Source: Mobula hypostoma
Taxonomy: Eukaryota
Length of the DNA stretch: 64,000 nt
Direction of reading: 5' to 3'
NCBI RefSeq assembly: GCF_963921235.1
Contig: NC_086108.1
Location: 76,014,001 to 76,078,000 of the forward strand
Shown here: positions 1 to 14,257 of the stretch, piece by piece
Position numbering within the stretch: position 1 is the stretch's first letter
Layout: the number at the start of each line of letters is the position of its first letter
The notes under the pieces: model-generated
Databases searched by the model: none
Told to the model about the DNA's origin: nothing
Seen by the model: the letters and a program-made list of their open reading frames with translations, nothing else
Made by a program: the position numbers and the translations under genes

Positions 1-499
1 GGGTCACACTAAAACACTAAATCTCAATCTTAAGTGGATGAGCTCTTGACTTAACTCCCTTATTACAATAATAATAACTTTATATAGCATCTTTCATAAA
101 ACACCTTGATACAGGCGGCTCAAAGTGCTTCATACTTTTTTTCTAAAGATAAATCAATATAGTCATAAAAATGAGAAAAATTTAAAAATCAAAGACAAAC
201 ATTGTATAGTATAAAATGTAATCAAATATACCAAATTTCAGCGCCTTGTAAAATTACTCAACGTCAACAGGGATTAAGTAGTCCTATAAGAAGGCCAAAT
301 CTAAAAAAAAAACAGGGTTTAGAAGTGTTTTGAAATATTCCACAGTACTAGCCTGGTATGTATTTGTGTCACCTGGAGTTGCTTCACTTGGTGAGTGTTC
401 TGCATTATATATAGACTAATTTTAGACTTGAGTGTTAAAAATAATATTTCAGTTACTTGTATTGATATATTTTCAAATATTTCAGTTCATTGATTGAGA

Positions 500-1200
500 T
501 TTACACCTTACCAGAACATGCCAATCCTGAACTCTAACCAGCTGGTCTTTAAGCATCTCCAAAATGCCACATGTAGACTTGTCTGACAGCAGCTGCTCCT
601 AATCAATGCTCCTTAATTCCTGTCTTATCCTGTTGTAATTTGCTCTCTCTCAATTTAGTACAAGATCCAATTTTATCCTTTAATCATAACTGACTTGAAA
701 GATAATGAGTTCCCAAAATGTCCACCCACTATCAGGGTCTGTCGCCTAGTCTGGCTCATTTCCCAAACTTAATTCAAGTACGTTTTCTCCTCGAGTGGAC
801 TCTCCACACACTGTTTCAAGATCCCCTCTTGGATGCACAGAATAAATCCTGCCCCATCTAAACGTCTTGTATTAAGGAAGTTAATACTGGCCAAATTAAA
901 GTCTCACTATGATAGCTGTTGTTTTTGCACCTTTCCATATGTGGTCAGATTATCTTCCTCCACCTCATGATAGCTCTCGGGAGACTTCTGTCAGTGTAAT
1001 TGCATCTTTCTTATTTAGGAGTTCCATCCAAGTTGCTTCTGTGAATGCGCCCTCCATCCAGTGTGCTTCCTCAGAGTACAACTGTGACATTCTCTCTTAT
1101 CAATAATGCAACCCTCCACTTCTCTATCACATTATCATATAATATGGAGTCCATTCTTGATCCTATATTTGGACATCACTTGAGTTGTCATTGACTCACT
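500..1200 (-). mobile_element. Old CR1 LINE fragment (endonuclease/linker region)
   Basis: Minus-strand translation ELRSID*EQLLSDKST...KDQLVRVQDWHV resembles the CR1 ORF2 linker of younger copies in this window; many stops. Confidence 0.55.
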
Positions 1201-2409
1201 ACAGATAACCAGCTTTTTACATTAATTATTGCTCCATAGATAATTAAGCAGAAAAACAGGCTTGGTAGAAATGTAGATATCAGGCATCATTTGGGCAGAC
1301 AAATAATGTTTCAGGTCATTTGCCTTGCATTGTATCTGATAAGAGTAATTGAAGGAGCAGGGGAAAGTGGGTACAATGATAAGGCTAGAAAGAAGGAAAC
1401 TGAAAGATTAGATTCAAAGGTAAAAATGATTTAAGTATTGAAAGGGAGAATCGTTCCAGGCAAAATTGTGATAATCGTTAAAATAAAACAAAACATGGGT
1501 CTAGAGGAGTAGTAAAGTAGTTACTCATTGCTTGCTGTCTGTAAATAAATAATAGCAGTACTCATGACTTGAAATGATTGAACTTAGTTTTGAATCTACA
1601 AGACAGTAAAGTGCTCAAACTAAAGATGAGGCTTTGTTTCTTGATCTGAAATGGAACCTTTTAATTCATATTATACCAAGTCATTTATCAGTTGTACTTT
1701 AATTTGAGGAGTTTATTTTTAATGTGGCTATTCTCCACAATTTACACCAAGAAGGAAAAGATGGGGTGTATTGTCATCAGCACTTTATATCTAAACTGCT
1801 GGGGTAAACATTTGCTCAGAGCATTACTCTAAGCAATGGCTTTTTTTGCAACCTAATCAAGAACCCATTGCTGAAAGTTACATATAAACATTTTAAAACT
1901 TTCAAACCCTAACTTCAGTTTGCACTCTTGATTTTCAATAAAGATTGATGTTATAAACATACATGGGAACAGAAAGAATTACAATTTTGCCAGAAGTGCT
2001 GGAGAAATAGGTGAGTGGTCCTTGCCCATGTAATCACTGTTACAGACATCAGCCTGCCGTATAGTAGCAGTAAATAGGCTAATTAAATGCCATTCAAATA
2101 CTACTCACTCTTTTAAGGGCATTGTAAGTTGATCCTTTTTTCTCTCTAAAAACTGAAAGGTTCGGCACTGATGTGATTTCAGTTCTCCAAAAATAAAAGC
2201 ACACCACAATGTTAGAATCTCAGTATTAGTTTGATGCCATAACTTTTTTATGATATTACTCTTATTGAAATGTATGTTAAGTACAGCAGCAAAGGGTGCA
2301 GTTCAAAACCAAAGTGGGTTTTCATGGCAGGGGGACAATTTTTTTTGTATATTTGTATGTATATGTGTGTGTGTTTATATTTATTTATTATTTACTACAA
2401 TTCGTTGTA

Positions 2410-3685
2410 GTTAAAAATACACCTGTGTCTGGAAGGTCCAACTGCTTGTGAATCAGTACCCTGGTAAAAACTACACAATGAAGACAAAAGAACACTCCAA
2501 GTAACTCTGTGAAAAGGTTATTGAAAGGCACAAGTTAGGATACAAGAAGATTTACCAGGTCACTGAATATCCTTTGGAGTACAGTTAAGTCAATCATCAA
2601 GAAATGGAAAGAATATGGCACATCTGTAGAGCCTAGAGCAGGCGGTCCTCAGAAACTGAGTGACCGTGCATGAAGGGGACTAGTGAGAGAGGCCACCAAG
2701 ACACCTATGACAACTTTGGAGGAGTTGCAAGCTTCAGTGGCTGAGATGGGAGAGAGTGCACATACAACTGTTGCCCGGGTGCTTCACCAGATGCGACTTT
2801 ATGGGAAGGTGGCAAAGAAAAAGCCACTGTTGGCGGGGGGGGGGGGGAACTTGCATGAAATTTCAGCTAGTGTTTGCCAGAGGGCGTGTGAAAGACTCTG
2901 AAGTCAGCTGGAAGAAGGTTGTGTCGAATGATGAAACCAAAATTTGAGCTTTTTGGCCATAAGACTAAACGCTATGTTTGGTGTTTGGCCAAACACCACA
3001 TATCATCAAAAACACATCATCCCTACCATGAAGCAGGGTGGTGACTGCATCATGCAGTGGGGATGTTTTACTGCAGCAGACCCTGGAAGGCTTGTGAAGG
3101 TAGAGGGTAAAATGAGTGCAGCAAAATACAGAGAAATCCTGGAGGAAAATCTGATGCAGTCTGTAAGAGAACTGTAACTTGGGAGATTTGTTTTCCAGCA
3201 AGACAATGGCCCTAACATAAAGCCAAAACTACACAGAAATGGCTTAAAAACAACAATGTTAATGTTCTGGAGTGGCCAAATCGGAGTTCAGAACTCAATC
3301 CGATTGAGAATTTGTGGCTGGACGAGAAAAGAGCTGTTCACTCACAATCCCCGTGCAATCTGACAGAGCTTGAAGAGTTTTGTAAAGAAGCATGGGGAAA
3401 AATTGCAGTGTCCAGATGTGCAAAGCTGATAGAGACCTATTCACCCTGACTCAAGGGTGTAATTGCTGCCAAAATTGCATTTACTAAATACTTACTTAAT
3501 GGGGGTCAGTCATAATGCTATAATTATTTTGTGTTTAATAAATGTAATAAATTTTGACTAATCTGTAGAAATTTGTTTTCACTTTGACACAAAAGAGTGT
3601 TTACTTTTGATCATTATCAAAAATAGCCAATTTAAATCTGCTGTAATTAAATATTGTAAAACAGGAAAACTTCAAAGGGGGGTTA
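2410..3685 (+). mobile_element. Decayed Tc1/mariner transposon (transposase pseudogene, about 2478-3490)
   Basis: Fragments MKTKEHSK*, REATKTPMTTLEELQ, KKPLL, SNDETKI, PTMKQGGDCIMQWGCF, FQQDN, WPNRSSELNPIENLW; stops and frameshifts; TIRs eroded. Confidence 0.9.
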
Positions 3686-3819
3686 TAATGTTGAATCAGG
3701 TTTATAGGTTCAACAAGTAAGACAGGAAATGCACTGACTTTGTAAATAAATGATTATTAAACCTATTCAAACAGTAAAAGTTGGACAAAACATTGATGTT
3801 TCCCAAGTTACAGACACTG

Positions 3820-5587
3820 CAAAGGATAAAATTGGTCCCTTAGAGAATCAGAGTGGACAGCTATGTGTGGAGCCAAAAGAGGTGGGAGAGATTTTGAACA
3901 ATTTCTTTTCTTCGGTATTCACTAAGGAGAAGGGTATTGAATTGTGTAAGGTAAGGGAAACAAGTAGGGAAGTTATGGAAACTATGATGATTAAAGAAGA
4001 GGAAGTACTGGCGCTTTTAAGGAATACAGAAGTGAATAAGACTCCGGGTCCTGACAGGATATTACCTAGGACCTTGAGGAAAGTTAGTGTAGAAATAGCA
4101 GGGGCTCTGACAGAAATATTTCAAATGTTATTAGAAGCGGGGATAGTGCTGGAGGATTGGTGTATTGCTCATGTTGTTCCATTGTTTAAAAAGGGTTCTA
4201 AGAGTAAACCTAGCAATTATCGGCCTGTAAGTTTGACGTCAGTGGCGGATAAATTAATGGAAAGTATTCTTAGAGATGGTATATATAATTATCTGGATAG
4301 ACAGGGTCTGATTAGGAACAGTCAACATGAATTTGTGCGTGGAAGGTCATGTTTGACAAATCTTACTGAATTTTTTGAGGATGTTACTAGGAAAATTGAC
4401 GAGGGTAAAGCAGTGGATGTCGTCTATATGGACTTCAGTAAGGCCTTTGACAAGGTTCCACATGGAAGGTTAGTTAGGAAGATTCAATCGTGAGGTATTA
4501 ATATTGAAGTAGTAAAATGGATTCAGCAGTGGCTGGATGGCAGACGCCAGAGAGTGGTGCTGGATAACTGTTTGTCAGGTTGGAGGCCGGTGTCTAGTGG
4601 AGTGCCTCAGGGATCTGTACTGGGTCCAATCTTGTTTGTCGTATACATTAATGATCTGGATGATGGGGTGGTAAATTGGATTAGTAAGAATGCAGATGAT
4701 ACTAAGATAGGTGGTGGTGTGGATAATGAAGCAGGTTTTCAAAGCTTGCAGAGAGATTTCGGCCAGTTAGAAGAGTGGGCTGAAAGACAGCAGATGGAGT
4801 TTAATGCTGATAAGTGTGAGGTGCTACATTTTGGTAGGACTAATCAAAATAGGATGTACATGGTAAATGGTAGGACATTGAAGAATGCAGTAGAACAGAG
4901 TGATCTAGGAATAATGGTGCATAGTTCCCTGAAGGTGGAATCTCATGTGGATAGGGTGGTGAAAGCTTTTGGTATGCTTGCCTTTATAAATCAGAGCATT
5001 GAGTATAGGAGTTGGGATGTAATGTTAAAACTGTACAAGGCATTGGTAAGGCCAAATTTGGAGTATTGTGTACAGTTCTGGTCACCGAATTATAGGAAAG
5101 ATGTCAACAAAATAGAGAGAGTACAGGGAAGATTTACTAGAATGTTACCTGGGTTTCAGCGCCTGAGTTACAGAGAAAGGTTGAACAAGTTAGGTCTTTA
5201 TTCTTTGGAGCGTAGAAGGTTGAGGGGGAACTTAATAGAAGTATTTAAAAGTATGAGGGGGATAGATAGAGTTGACGTGGATAGGCTTTTTCCATTGAGA
5301 ATGGGGGAGGTTCAAACAAGAGAACATGAGTTGAGAGTTAAAGGGTAACACAAGGGGGAACTTTACTCAGAGAGTGGTGGTTGTGTGGAACGAACTTTCA
5401 GTAGAAGTGGTAGAGACAGGTTCGATATTGTCATTTAAAGAAAAATTGGATAGGTATATGGACAGGAAAGAAATGGAGGGTTATGGGCTGAGTGCAGGTC
5501 GGTGGGACTAGGTGAGAGTAAGCGTTCGGCACGGACTAGAAGAGCTGAGATGGCCTATTTCCGTGCTGTAATTGTTATATGGTTATA
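3820..5587 (+). mobile_element. 5'-truncated CR1 LINE (RT domain and 3' UTR)
   Basis: ORFs 3750..4493 and 4554..5348 ([29 protein letters not shown]), one in-frame stop at 4491; 3' tail ...GTTATATGGTTATA. Confidence 0.95.
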
Positions 5588-5939
5588 AAGCTGAATATTC
5601 AACAAACATATGTACATACAAGAAACGTACTTAGTTAGAAGTGCATGCAGAGTGTACCTTCCCAATTGTGACATGCATCCTTGCCTTAAACAAAGGAAGA
5701 GGAGATCAAGCCCCTTCCACATGCTATCTTATATACCCAGGATATTTGAAACTGGACACCAGATAGCTATCCAGTGGGAAAACTATCTGCAGTCTCTAAA
5801 CTAACCAATTACAACAGAAATGAATTTTGACATTCAGAATAAGGCACACCCCAGAGGACAGGGGTGAATATATGTAATGCACACATCCACGCGCTTAAAT
5901 CATATATATGCTAGAAATCCAGAGCAATGGACCCAAAAT

Positions 5940-6070
5940 GCTTTGGAATTCAATCCTAATGAAGGGCCTTGGCCTGAAACGTTGACTGTTCATTCCCTTC
6001 AGGGATGTGCCAGATCTGCTGAGCTCTTCCAGAATTTTGTGCATGTTACATTTGAGTACTTCCAAAGTTT
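5940..6070 (+). mobile_element. Penelope pLTR-derived short repeat with a degenerate hammerhead motif
   Basis: CCTAATGAAGGGCCTTGGCCTGAAACGTTGACTG... similar to 57141-57260. Confidence 0.65.
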
Positions 6071-6580
6071 CTCACTCTGGGAAACTGTACGTCACAGCTT
6101 TCTTCCTCAGCCCATCATTTAACACAAAAATGGAAAAGGTATGTAAATTTTAAATAAGTGTGTGCAATAAAAACATATTAGTCAAGGCAGGAGAGATGGC
6201 TACCCAACACGTAAATATTAGACAGCTTCCATTGTTAACATTTCTAGCCCCATCTAAATTTTTGGTCAGACTAGTTACATACTGCAGCAAAACTTTTCCA
6301 ATATTTAGGTTACTATCCAGTTTCATGTATATTAAGTATTAACATTGAATTTATGAAAAGAGTTGAACCAAAAATTGCAATGTGCTGGAAATTCACTTGT
6401 GAAACCAATCACAATTTCATTATTCTCAAATCTTTGTTCAAGTTAACATCAAGTAAAAAAAGGAATTGAATGGTCAGTGATAGCAATAAATTAATAGAAC
6501 AATGATTGTCATATCAGATATCTGTTCCAGTTAATTTCATTATATCTGTCAAACAACCATTTTCTTTGCAGATATGCCTG

Positions 6581-6720
6581 TTAACCTTTGGCACTTTGCA
6601 TATTTTCTTTTTCTAGGTTACTGTAGGAATTTGGATGGAATTCAATGCCAATAGCTGTCTTTTTTTTAGAATTTTCAAGATGTTTGAGCAGTTCCATCAA
6701 ACTTTCAATACACTGCACAT
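6581..6720 (-). CDS. Candidate terminal coding exon (YVQCIESLMELLKHLENSKKKTAIGIEFHPNSYSNLEKENMQSAKG*)
   Basis: Pyrimidine-rich acceptor TTACTTGTTACTTTGCTTTAATAG|; open in phase 1 only; no homology recognised. Confidence 0.35.
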
Positions 6721-9700
6721 CTATTAAAGCAAAGTAACAAGTAAATGTGACATCATATGCAGGGATAAAATCTGAAACTGAACAAAAATAATGTCATTAC
6801 AACCACGTGCAAGGCTGAAAATTGGTCTCTATTAGCACAATTCGATTCTGTCTATTCTCATAGACTACATGTAATATTTGAAATAAATTTGATTTCAGGC
6901 TCTTCAATTTCATCCATTGCAATCTGTCATGATTGATCTGGAACAATTTAAATTGCAATAAGAAACGTAGGCTTGATAAAATGCCTTTTTATAGATTTTG
7001 CATTACAAGAAGCTATATCCATTTTTTAAATCCTAACACATCTCATGTATCACAATAATACACAGAAACTGTTGCTATAGTTCCTTTTTTATTAACAACA
7101 CTAGTAAATTTCCATTGGTATTATTCATGGCAAGCTCAAGATTTTGCTCTTTCAGAGCGGCTGATAGAAACCAGGGTGGGAGGGCACTAGTTGTCTCCTG
7201 AGCAAATGTGGACAGAGTGAGCAATATACCAGCAAAGTAAATAATTTTAATGATTTCCTGGAAAATTAATGGTTCTTTTCCTTACACAGAGAGCAAAGTA
7301 AAGTGAGAAATTTACACACACCACTGTCAAATAAATTATAAATATATTTTGAAACATGCTGTTACAAAAACACAAATCAGATTTGAGCTGGACACTTCAT
7401 GAAATACTTTATTATGAGAAGTATAGAATTTTTAAGTACTTTTATATAATCTTTTAAAAGATGGAGAAATGTGAAATAATGAGGATTTTATGATAATTCA
7501 GTCTGATTTAAATACATCAATTCTTAAATAGCCAAGGAGTTACTCTGGATAAATTCCAAACCACCCATTTCAAACTTGGAAGATATCCATGGACTACACT
7601 TAGACTTCACATGTATTTTAATCTAAATTTAGATTGAAATAAGATTATACTGAACTATCTTAACTTAGAAATCAGAATTTATAGCTTATAAAATGAAATT
7701 TCATTCTATAAGGAACTACTTTTGCGCTTTCTTTCGGTAATTTTTTTTTTTGTTGCCTTACATGGGAATAAAGTTACCTGCTCCTTGTGTATGTCAGTCA
7801 TGGCTTTCTATAGAACTAGCACACAATGAGTTAAAACACCTTGTGAATAATTGTGAGCTGTGTCTTAGGTTCGAGTGTGGGAGAGGGTACCAACTGGGTA
7901 AAGCAAATGTATTTTCATGTAAGAAGAGACAAACAGAAGATGGAAGGGTTCAGCGGGCAATATAACCAAAACGGTAAAATAATTTAATTGGATTCATGTG
8001 TAGTATTCTGGTGAAACATCAAGTGTCTTTTGTGACTGGTGAATGCTAATCAAATTCTATGATGCAATCCTGTATGGCAGTACAGAAAGCAGTAACTATA
8101 GAGTGCAGTGTCTCAAGTAACCCGATTCCGTGTTGTTAAACATTATTTATTGTTTGATGTTTAAGGTAAAAAGGCAGGCTGTATCACAAGTTACATTACC
8201 ATGGTTGCTAGCATCTTGTATACATCTTGCAATTGTACATTCTTCACGTGCATGCCTGAATTACTCAGCGTGTTTCAGCTACAAGGGCATTTATTCTTTA
8301 AAATGAGAGGTGTACTGTATTTTCAGTCAGGAAAGACCCAGAAGATACTTTTCTCCCTTAGCCTGCCTTTGCTGAGATCCATTAACTAGGATAGATTGGT
8401 CCTGGGACATTCCATCAGAATCATCTTGGTCCTATTGTTCCCCCCCCAACCCCACCCCCACCCCCACCCAGCCATAATTACCAGAAATGAATGCAGAGGT
8501 TTGATCTTTGTTGGATAAACATCGTAGACTGCAAAGGCATGAGGGGCAGCTGAACCTTTTGGCAGTGCACTGTAATATCGTTGATGCCTTTAAAAACTTA
8601 GGTAGTCTGAGATATTTAAAATTGTTAAAGTTGTAGTAACTAAAATAAACAATCTTGTAGAGTCAGAGTCATACAGCATGGAATCAGACACGTCAGCCCA
8701 ACTTGTCCATGGTAACCATGTTGCCCAGAGAACTAGTCCCATCTGCCTTTGTCTAGCCTATAGCCATCTAAACCTCTCCTACGCAATTTCAAATTAAGAA
8801 AAGCTCATATAATATAATTTAAAAACTTTAAACAAGCCAAAATAGCTTGAAAAACTTACCATCCATCTTGCTGCCTTTGGGCTTCTACCATAGAGAAATC
8901 ACTGCCTTTTTGTATAGCCAAGCAAATTGGTGAAAAAAAAGCTTCCATGACTTCCAAAAGAGATTAGGATCCAGGCAATCTATCAGTGCATGAAGTAGGT
9001 GTTGCCAGTTCCGAACATTGGTGTGCACTTGCCATATTGGCAAGTCTGCAGGCTGCATCTATGGTTCATCCAATATCAGACCTCATAGGCAGCCCGCACT
9101 ATGGGCGTGTTACATTGTTATGAGGGTTCCAACAGAGGGCAAGGATTCTGGCACCGAGGTTCCCAGTGCAACAATCTTGTGAGTAATGCAGCAGCAGGCT
9201 ATAATGATTTTGCAGTAAATCCATTTGTGCTGTTCTTATTGGGAACACATTTAAAGCATTAAATGAAGTACCATCATAGATAAATGTTTACTGTTGATAA
9301 ATTAGTAAGGAATACAAGATACAGCTGCCCTACTTGTTTTGAAGGTAACATGCGGAAATATTTTCATAAATGTGATACATAAACAATGTGTCTCATATTT
9401 ACTGCTGTGTTATAAGCGGTACAAAGGGCTATCAGGCCCTTGCAAGATTTGTTTGACATTCACTTTTTGCATTTCTTTCTACCTTTGTTTTGTTTTTCTG
9501 TTGCACTTCCCTGGATGATAACCATTAGTATTCTGTATCCTGTAATTTTATGTCAACCTCATCAATTGAAGGAGCTCAGGCTTGAAAATATGAATACTAT
9601 TTCTATTCCCACAGGTATTACATGGCCTGTGTGCTTCCAGAATTATCTGCCTTTTAGTATTTGAAGACATTTTGGCACTGTTTATAATTTTCACCAAGAC

Positions 9701-9789
9701 CTTGATCCCAATCTAGTTTGGGTGTAACTGTTCTGACTCCACTTGCTGATCTAACTCTCTAAGCCTTCCATGAATTTCACACTATTTAA

Positions 9790-11600
9790 GTGCTCAGTTC
9801 ATTGAAAGTGCCAGCACACATAGAAAGGGTGATGAAAGAGTTACCTATCATGCTGGCCTTCATAAGTCAGGGCATCAAGATTAGGACTAGGTACATTATG
9901 ATACAGTTATACAAGTTGCTGGTGAGACCACACATGGAGTATCGTGTGCAGTTTTGGTCACCATGTTATAGGAAATATATTGCCAAGCTAGAGCAGATGC
10001 AGAAGAGATTTACAAGGATGCTATCTGGACTAGAAAGCTTGAGTTGTAAGGAAAGGTAGGCTACATTGAATCTTTATTCCTTGGAGTGTAGGAGAACATG
10101 GGGTAACCTCAAAGACACTTATAAAATCACGAGGGTTATGTATAAGATGTACAGTCAGAATCTTTTCCCCAGGGTTGGAGTCCGAAACCAGAGGGCACAG
10201 ATACTGGATAAAAGGGGAAAGTTTTAAGAGACCTGAAATGTAACTCTTCTTTACGCAGAGGGTAGTGAATACCTGCAATGAGCTGTTGGAGGAAATGGTC
10301 AAGGCAGGTGCAATTGCAACATGCAAGAGCCACGCATTTGGCTCCCTGATCTAAATAACCTTGGCCAATTTGCACATGTCTCAGCTAACAGTCCAGAGAT
10401 TATTACCTTTTAGGTTCTGTATTTTAATTTAGTCCCTAGTTGTTCAAATTCCTTCAGCAGAGCCTTTTTCCTTGTTCTGCTTACGTTACTGGACCTACAT
10501 GGATCACAACAACCGGATCTTTTTCCTCCGGCTCCAAATTCCTCTGCAGGTTGAGTTAGATTCCTGAACCTAGGCATGTGACAGGCAACACAGCCTTCTG
10601 GATTCTTGATCCTTGCAACAGGCAATGTGTCTATTCCCCTGACGATACTAACCCCAATTACAACTACATTTTTCTCTTCCCTCTCTGGAATGGTTCCCTG
10701 AACAACGTTGCCATGGTTAGGTTGGTCATCCTTCCTACAGCCACATAGGGAGCAAGAATCTTAGACCAGTTGGACAAACTTCATTACTGAGCCTCATTCA
10801 GCAACACCTTTTGGATTCCCCAACCTCCTTCACTCTCAGTCACACCCTCGTCCCTGGCCATAGAACAGATTTAAAGCAGTCAATCTACTCTGACTACATC
10901 TAGGTAACTCTACCCCTCCCTGATGTGTCACAGTGTCTGAAACTCAGATTCCAGCTTAATCCTGAATTCCTTAAGCAACCAACACTTGCCACAGATGTGG
11001 TCACTGGGAACCACAGTGGGATTCATCAACTTCCACATCATGCAGCTGCAACACATCACCTGATCTGCATCTCTCCTTTATTCACTTAGCTGTATTGTAC
11101 CTCACTAAGGAGGATACAAAAATTTCTGCCAGGTGCCCCTACAATTTCTTCCTTTGCTTCCCACAAATTAATTAGATACAGTTAGGGATTTATCCCCCTT
11201 TAATGCCTCAACACCACCAGCACCTCCACTTTCATAAGGTTGATGTGTTTCAGGACATCACTGTGCTCTTCCTTGAACTTTCTCCAATTCAATACTTTCT
11301 GGACAGTAAATACAGATGAGAAGTGTTAATTTAAGGCCTCAGCTATGTCCTGTGTCTCATAGATGACCATGCTGATTCTTAAGGGAATCTATTCTCTCTA
11401 CTCTTATTACTTCTAATATAGAATCTCTTAAGATATTCTCTTACGTATCTGCCAAGGATATCTCATATCACCCTTTTGCCCTCCTGATTTCTTCATCAGG
11501 TTTACTGCAACATCTCTTATACTACTCAAAAAAAAATTGCTTGATCCCAAAACATATAACTGACAAGTCTCTTTTTTGCTGTCTACCACCTCAATATCTT
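9790..11600. mobile_element. Cluster of old CR1 fragments (plus-strand 3' part 9790-10330; minus-strand pieces 10335-11600)
   Basis: LYKLLVRPHMEYRVQFWSP motif in ORF 9790..10059; minus-strand pieces resemble CR1 ORF1 and linker. Confidence 0.7.
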
Positions 11601-12073
11601 CTTCAGCCAGGGTTCAAGGAACATTTATTATTGAAGTATGTATACTGTGTACAATCTTGAAATTTGTACAAGCAGCCACTAAAACAAAGAAACCCAATAG
11701 AACCCATTAAAAAGACTGTCAAACACCTAATGTGTGAAAAAGGACAGATCATGCAAACCATAAAAAGTAAACAAACAACATTCAGAACTAAAGTTCATGA
11801 AAGTGAGTACAGAGCCACAAAGCCAGTTCATTGCCTCAGCCAGTCCAGAAGATTGTTAATTGCAGGCCACAGCATCAGCTCAGTGCCATTTCTGATTTGA
11901 AACTTGGTGCAGCCATGTTAAAGGTTATATGGTTTCATACCATATTAAGAAACTGTAGCCCATATTTAAAAAAAAAACCCTCAGTGTTTGCTTAAGAAAC
12001 ATACACAAAGACAAATTGATGCAAATCTTATTCACAAAATTATATTTTTGAAAAAAACAAACCTTATCCTTAC

Positions 12074-12086
12074 ACATCTTGCTGGT
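12074..12086 (-). CDS. Candidate 13-nt microexon (TSKM, phase 0 to 1)
   Basis: TTCACATTTTATTTCAG|ACCAGCAAGATGT|GTAAGG; would link exon 17278 to the candidate terminal exon in frame. Confidence 0.35.
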
Positions 12087-13089
12087 CTGAAATAAAATGT
12101 GAAATAAAGTAGCTAACTGAGTCCATTTTGAAACCTTGCTTCTTAAGCTAGATAAATTTTCATAAGAGTGTTTATCACAGAGAAAAAATTCTTTAGAAAG
12201 CTGGTTTCATGTTATAAGGCACATATAACCAGAAAGTTCTATTTAATTGCAGGTACATACAAAATATGTATATTTTATACTTTTTCAGACATGTACTAAC
12301 AATATTTACTGATATTATTTTAAATAATGGTAATGTTGTGTAATCAATTCAAAATATTAATTAAATTAGCTTAATAGTCATAAGATTATCAAATATTATC
12401 AAATTTATTTAATCCTCAATTTTTTCTCCTTCTCTTTGTAATCTTCTCTTGAAGCATTGCGGACTTACTTGCTGCCTGTTGGGAAACAGAGAGGAATCAC
12501 AGAATCAATTGGCTCACAAATGAGCCCCCTGTCCCAAGTTGTCCATGCAAACAAGATGTACAGTAAAGCCAGTCAAATTTGCTTGTTTTTGGCTCATCTT
12601 TCTAAAGTTGTCCTACACATGTACTTGTCCAATTGCCTTTCAAAAGTTATTATACCTGCCTCAACCACTTCCTTGAGTAGATCATACCACCTATTTAGAC
12701 CACACTCTGTTTAAAAATAGCTGCCCCACAAGTTCTTGTTAAGGTTTTCCCTTTTCATCTTAAACCCATGCCCACTCTAATTCTTGATTTCCAACCATGG
12801 GAAAATGACAGTTCATTGACCCTATGCTTTATGCCCCTTATGCTATTCTATGCCTCTATAAGATTGCCTCTCAGTCTCCTACACTCCCAACAGAAAAAAA
12901 TCCTAGCCTGTCTAACCTTTCCCTATAACTCAGTCCTTCCAGTCATGGAAACATACTTGTAAATCTTTTCTACACTCATTCTAGTTTAATAATATTTTTC
13001 CTAAAGCAGGGTGACCAAAAACTGAACACTATACTTCAAATATTGGAGTATTAAACTACCACCCCACCAGCATCTTGTACAACTGCACA

Positions 13090-13955
13090 ACAGGAAGTGA
13101 AGAGCTCAAGGCCTGGTGCCAAGCAAAAAAAACATTTCCTGAATTTCAACAAGACAAAGAAAATTGTTATCGACTACAGGAGACCTCTCACCACTCACGC
13201 CCCTCTTTTAATTGCAAACAGTTTCAAACTCCTGGCAGTGCACAAACAACCTCTCATGGTTGCAGAACACATTACACAAACAGAAAAGCTCACCAATGCC
13301 TGTGCTTTCTGAAGAGGCTGGAGAGCTAGACTATGCACATCTCTACTCATATCCTTCTACAGATGTGAAGCAGAGAGCATCCCAACAAGCTGCATCACTG
13401 TGTGTTACGGAAACTGCACTGCGGTGGACAGGAAGGTTCTATGACGGGTAGCCAAAACTGCCGATGCATCACTGACACCAGCCTACCTGCTATAAAAGAC
13501 ATATGTATAGTATATACAGAAAGGTGCCAAAAAAAAACAGCCTGCAACACCATGAAGGATCCTACCCTCCCTGCTCATGGACTGTTTGTCCCACTTTCAT
13601 CAGGAAGAAGGATACGTAGCATCCTTACCAGGATCACTAGACTCAAAAACCGTTACTTTCCAAGCAGTATGGTTGATCAACACCTTCATCCACTAATCCA
13701 CTTCTCCATACCTCACTACTTTATCATTTCCTTTCAGAATCACCTTAAATGCTCCTGTGCCTCATATCATTCTATAGATATACAGGTACAATCAATCTTT
13801 GTATATAAACTAAGTATTTATATTTATTGTGTTTTTTTTAAATTGGTGTGTTCTTTATCTTATTGTATTTTTATTTGTGCTGCAACCGATCTGGAGTAAT
13901 TATTTCATTCTTGTTCATATTTGTGTACTGAAAATGACGTTAAATAACCTTGAAT
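13090..13955 (+). mobile_element. Decayed Rex1/Babar-like LINE 3' fragment
   Basis: LNFNKTKKIVIDYRR, KAHQCLCFLKRL, MKDPTLPAHGLFVPLSSGRR motifs. Confidence 0.75.
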
Positions 13956-14257
13956 AACCACCCAACTTCAAAACTCAGTATGCCAGTGTGCAAAAAATAT
14001 TCTTCATCACCAAGACCACCTGCGATTTCACATTCAGGATATCATGTACCTGATCTCCAAGATGCCCCTCTTCTACAACTCTCCCCCGGGCCCTACCATT
14101 TACTGTGAAATCTGACTTTGATACGACTTTCCTAAATCCAACACCACACTTATTGGAATTCAACTCCATTTGGCATACCTTGGTCCACTAGCACAGCTGA
14201 TCAAGATCCTCCTGTAGTTTTTGATAACCTTCACTGCCAGCGATACTGCCTGCAGCA

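Noticed and set aside
512..598. 87-nt minus-strand open segment with AG and GTAAGG boundaries that looks like an exon
   Set aside because: Its translation and flanks match the CR1 ORF2 linker, and the acceptor lacks a pyrimidine tract
2105..2190. Minus-strand GTGAGT donor with a short upstream purine-rich segment
   Set aside because: No recognisable homology or frame link to other exons
8860..8905. Strong minus-strand donor ATG|GTAAGT at 8859 as an additional HORMAD exon
   Set aside because: No acceptor found that gives a stop-free, phase-compatible exon in my model
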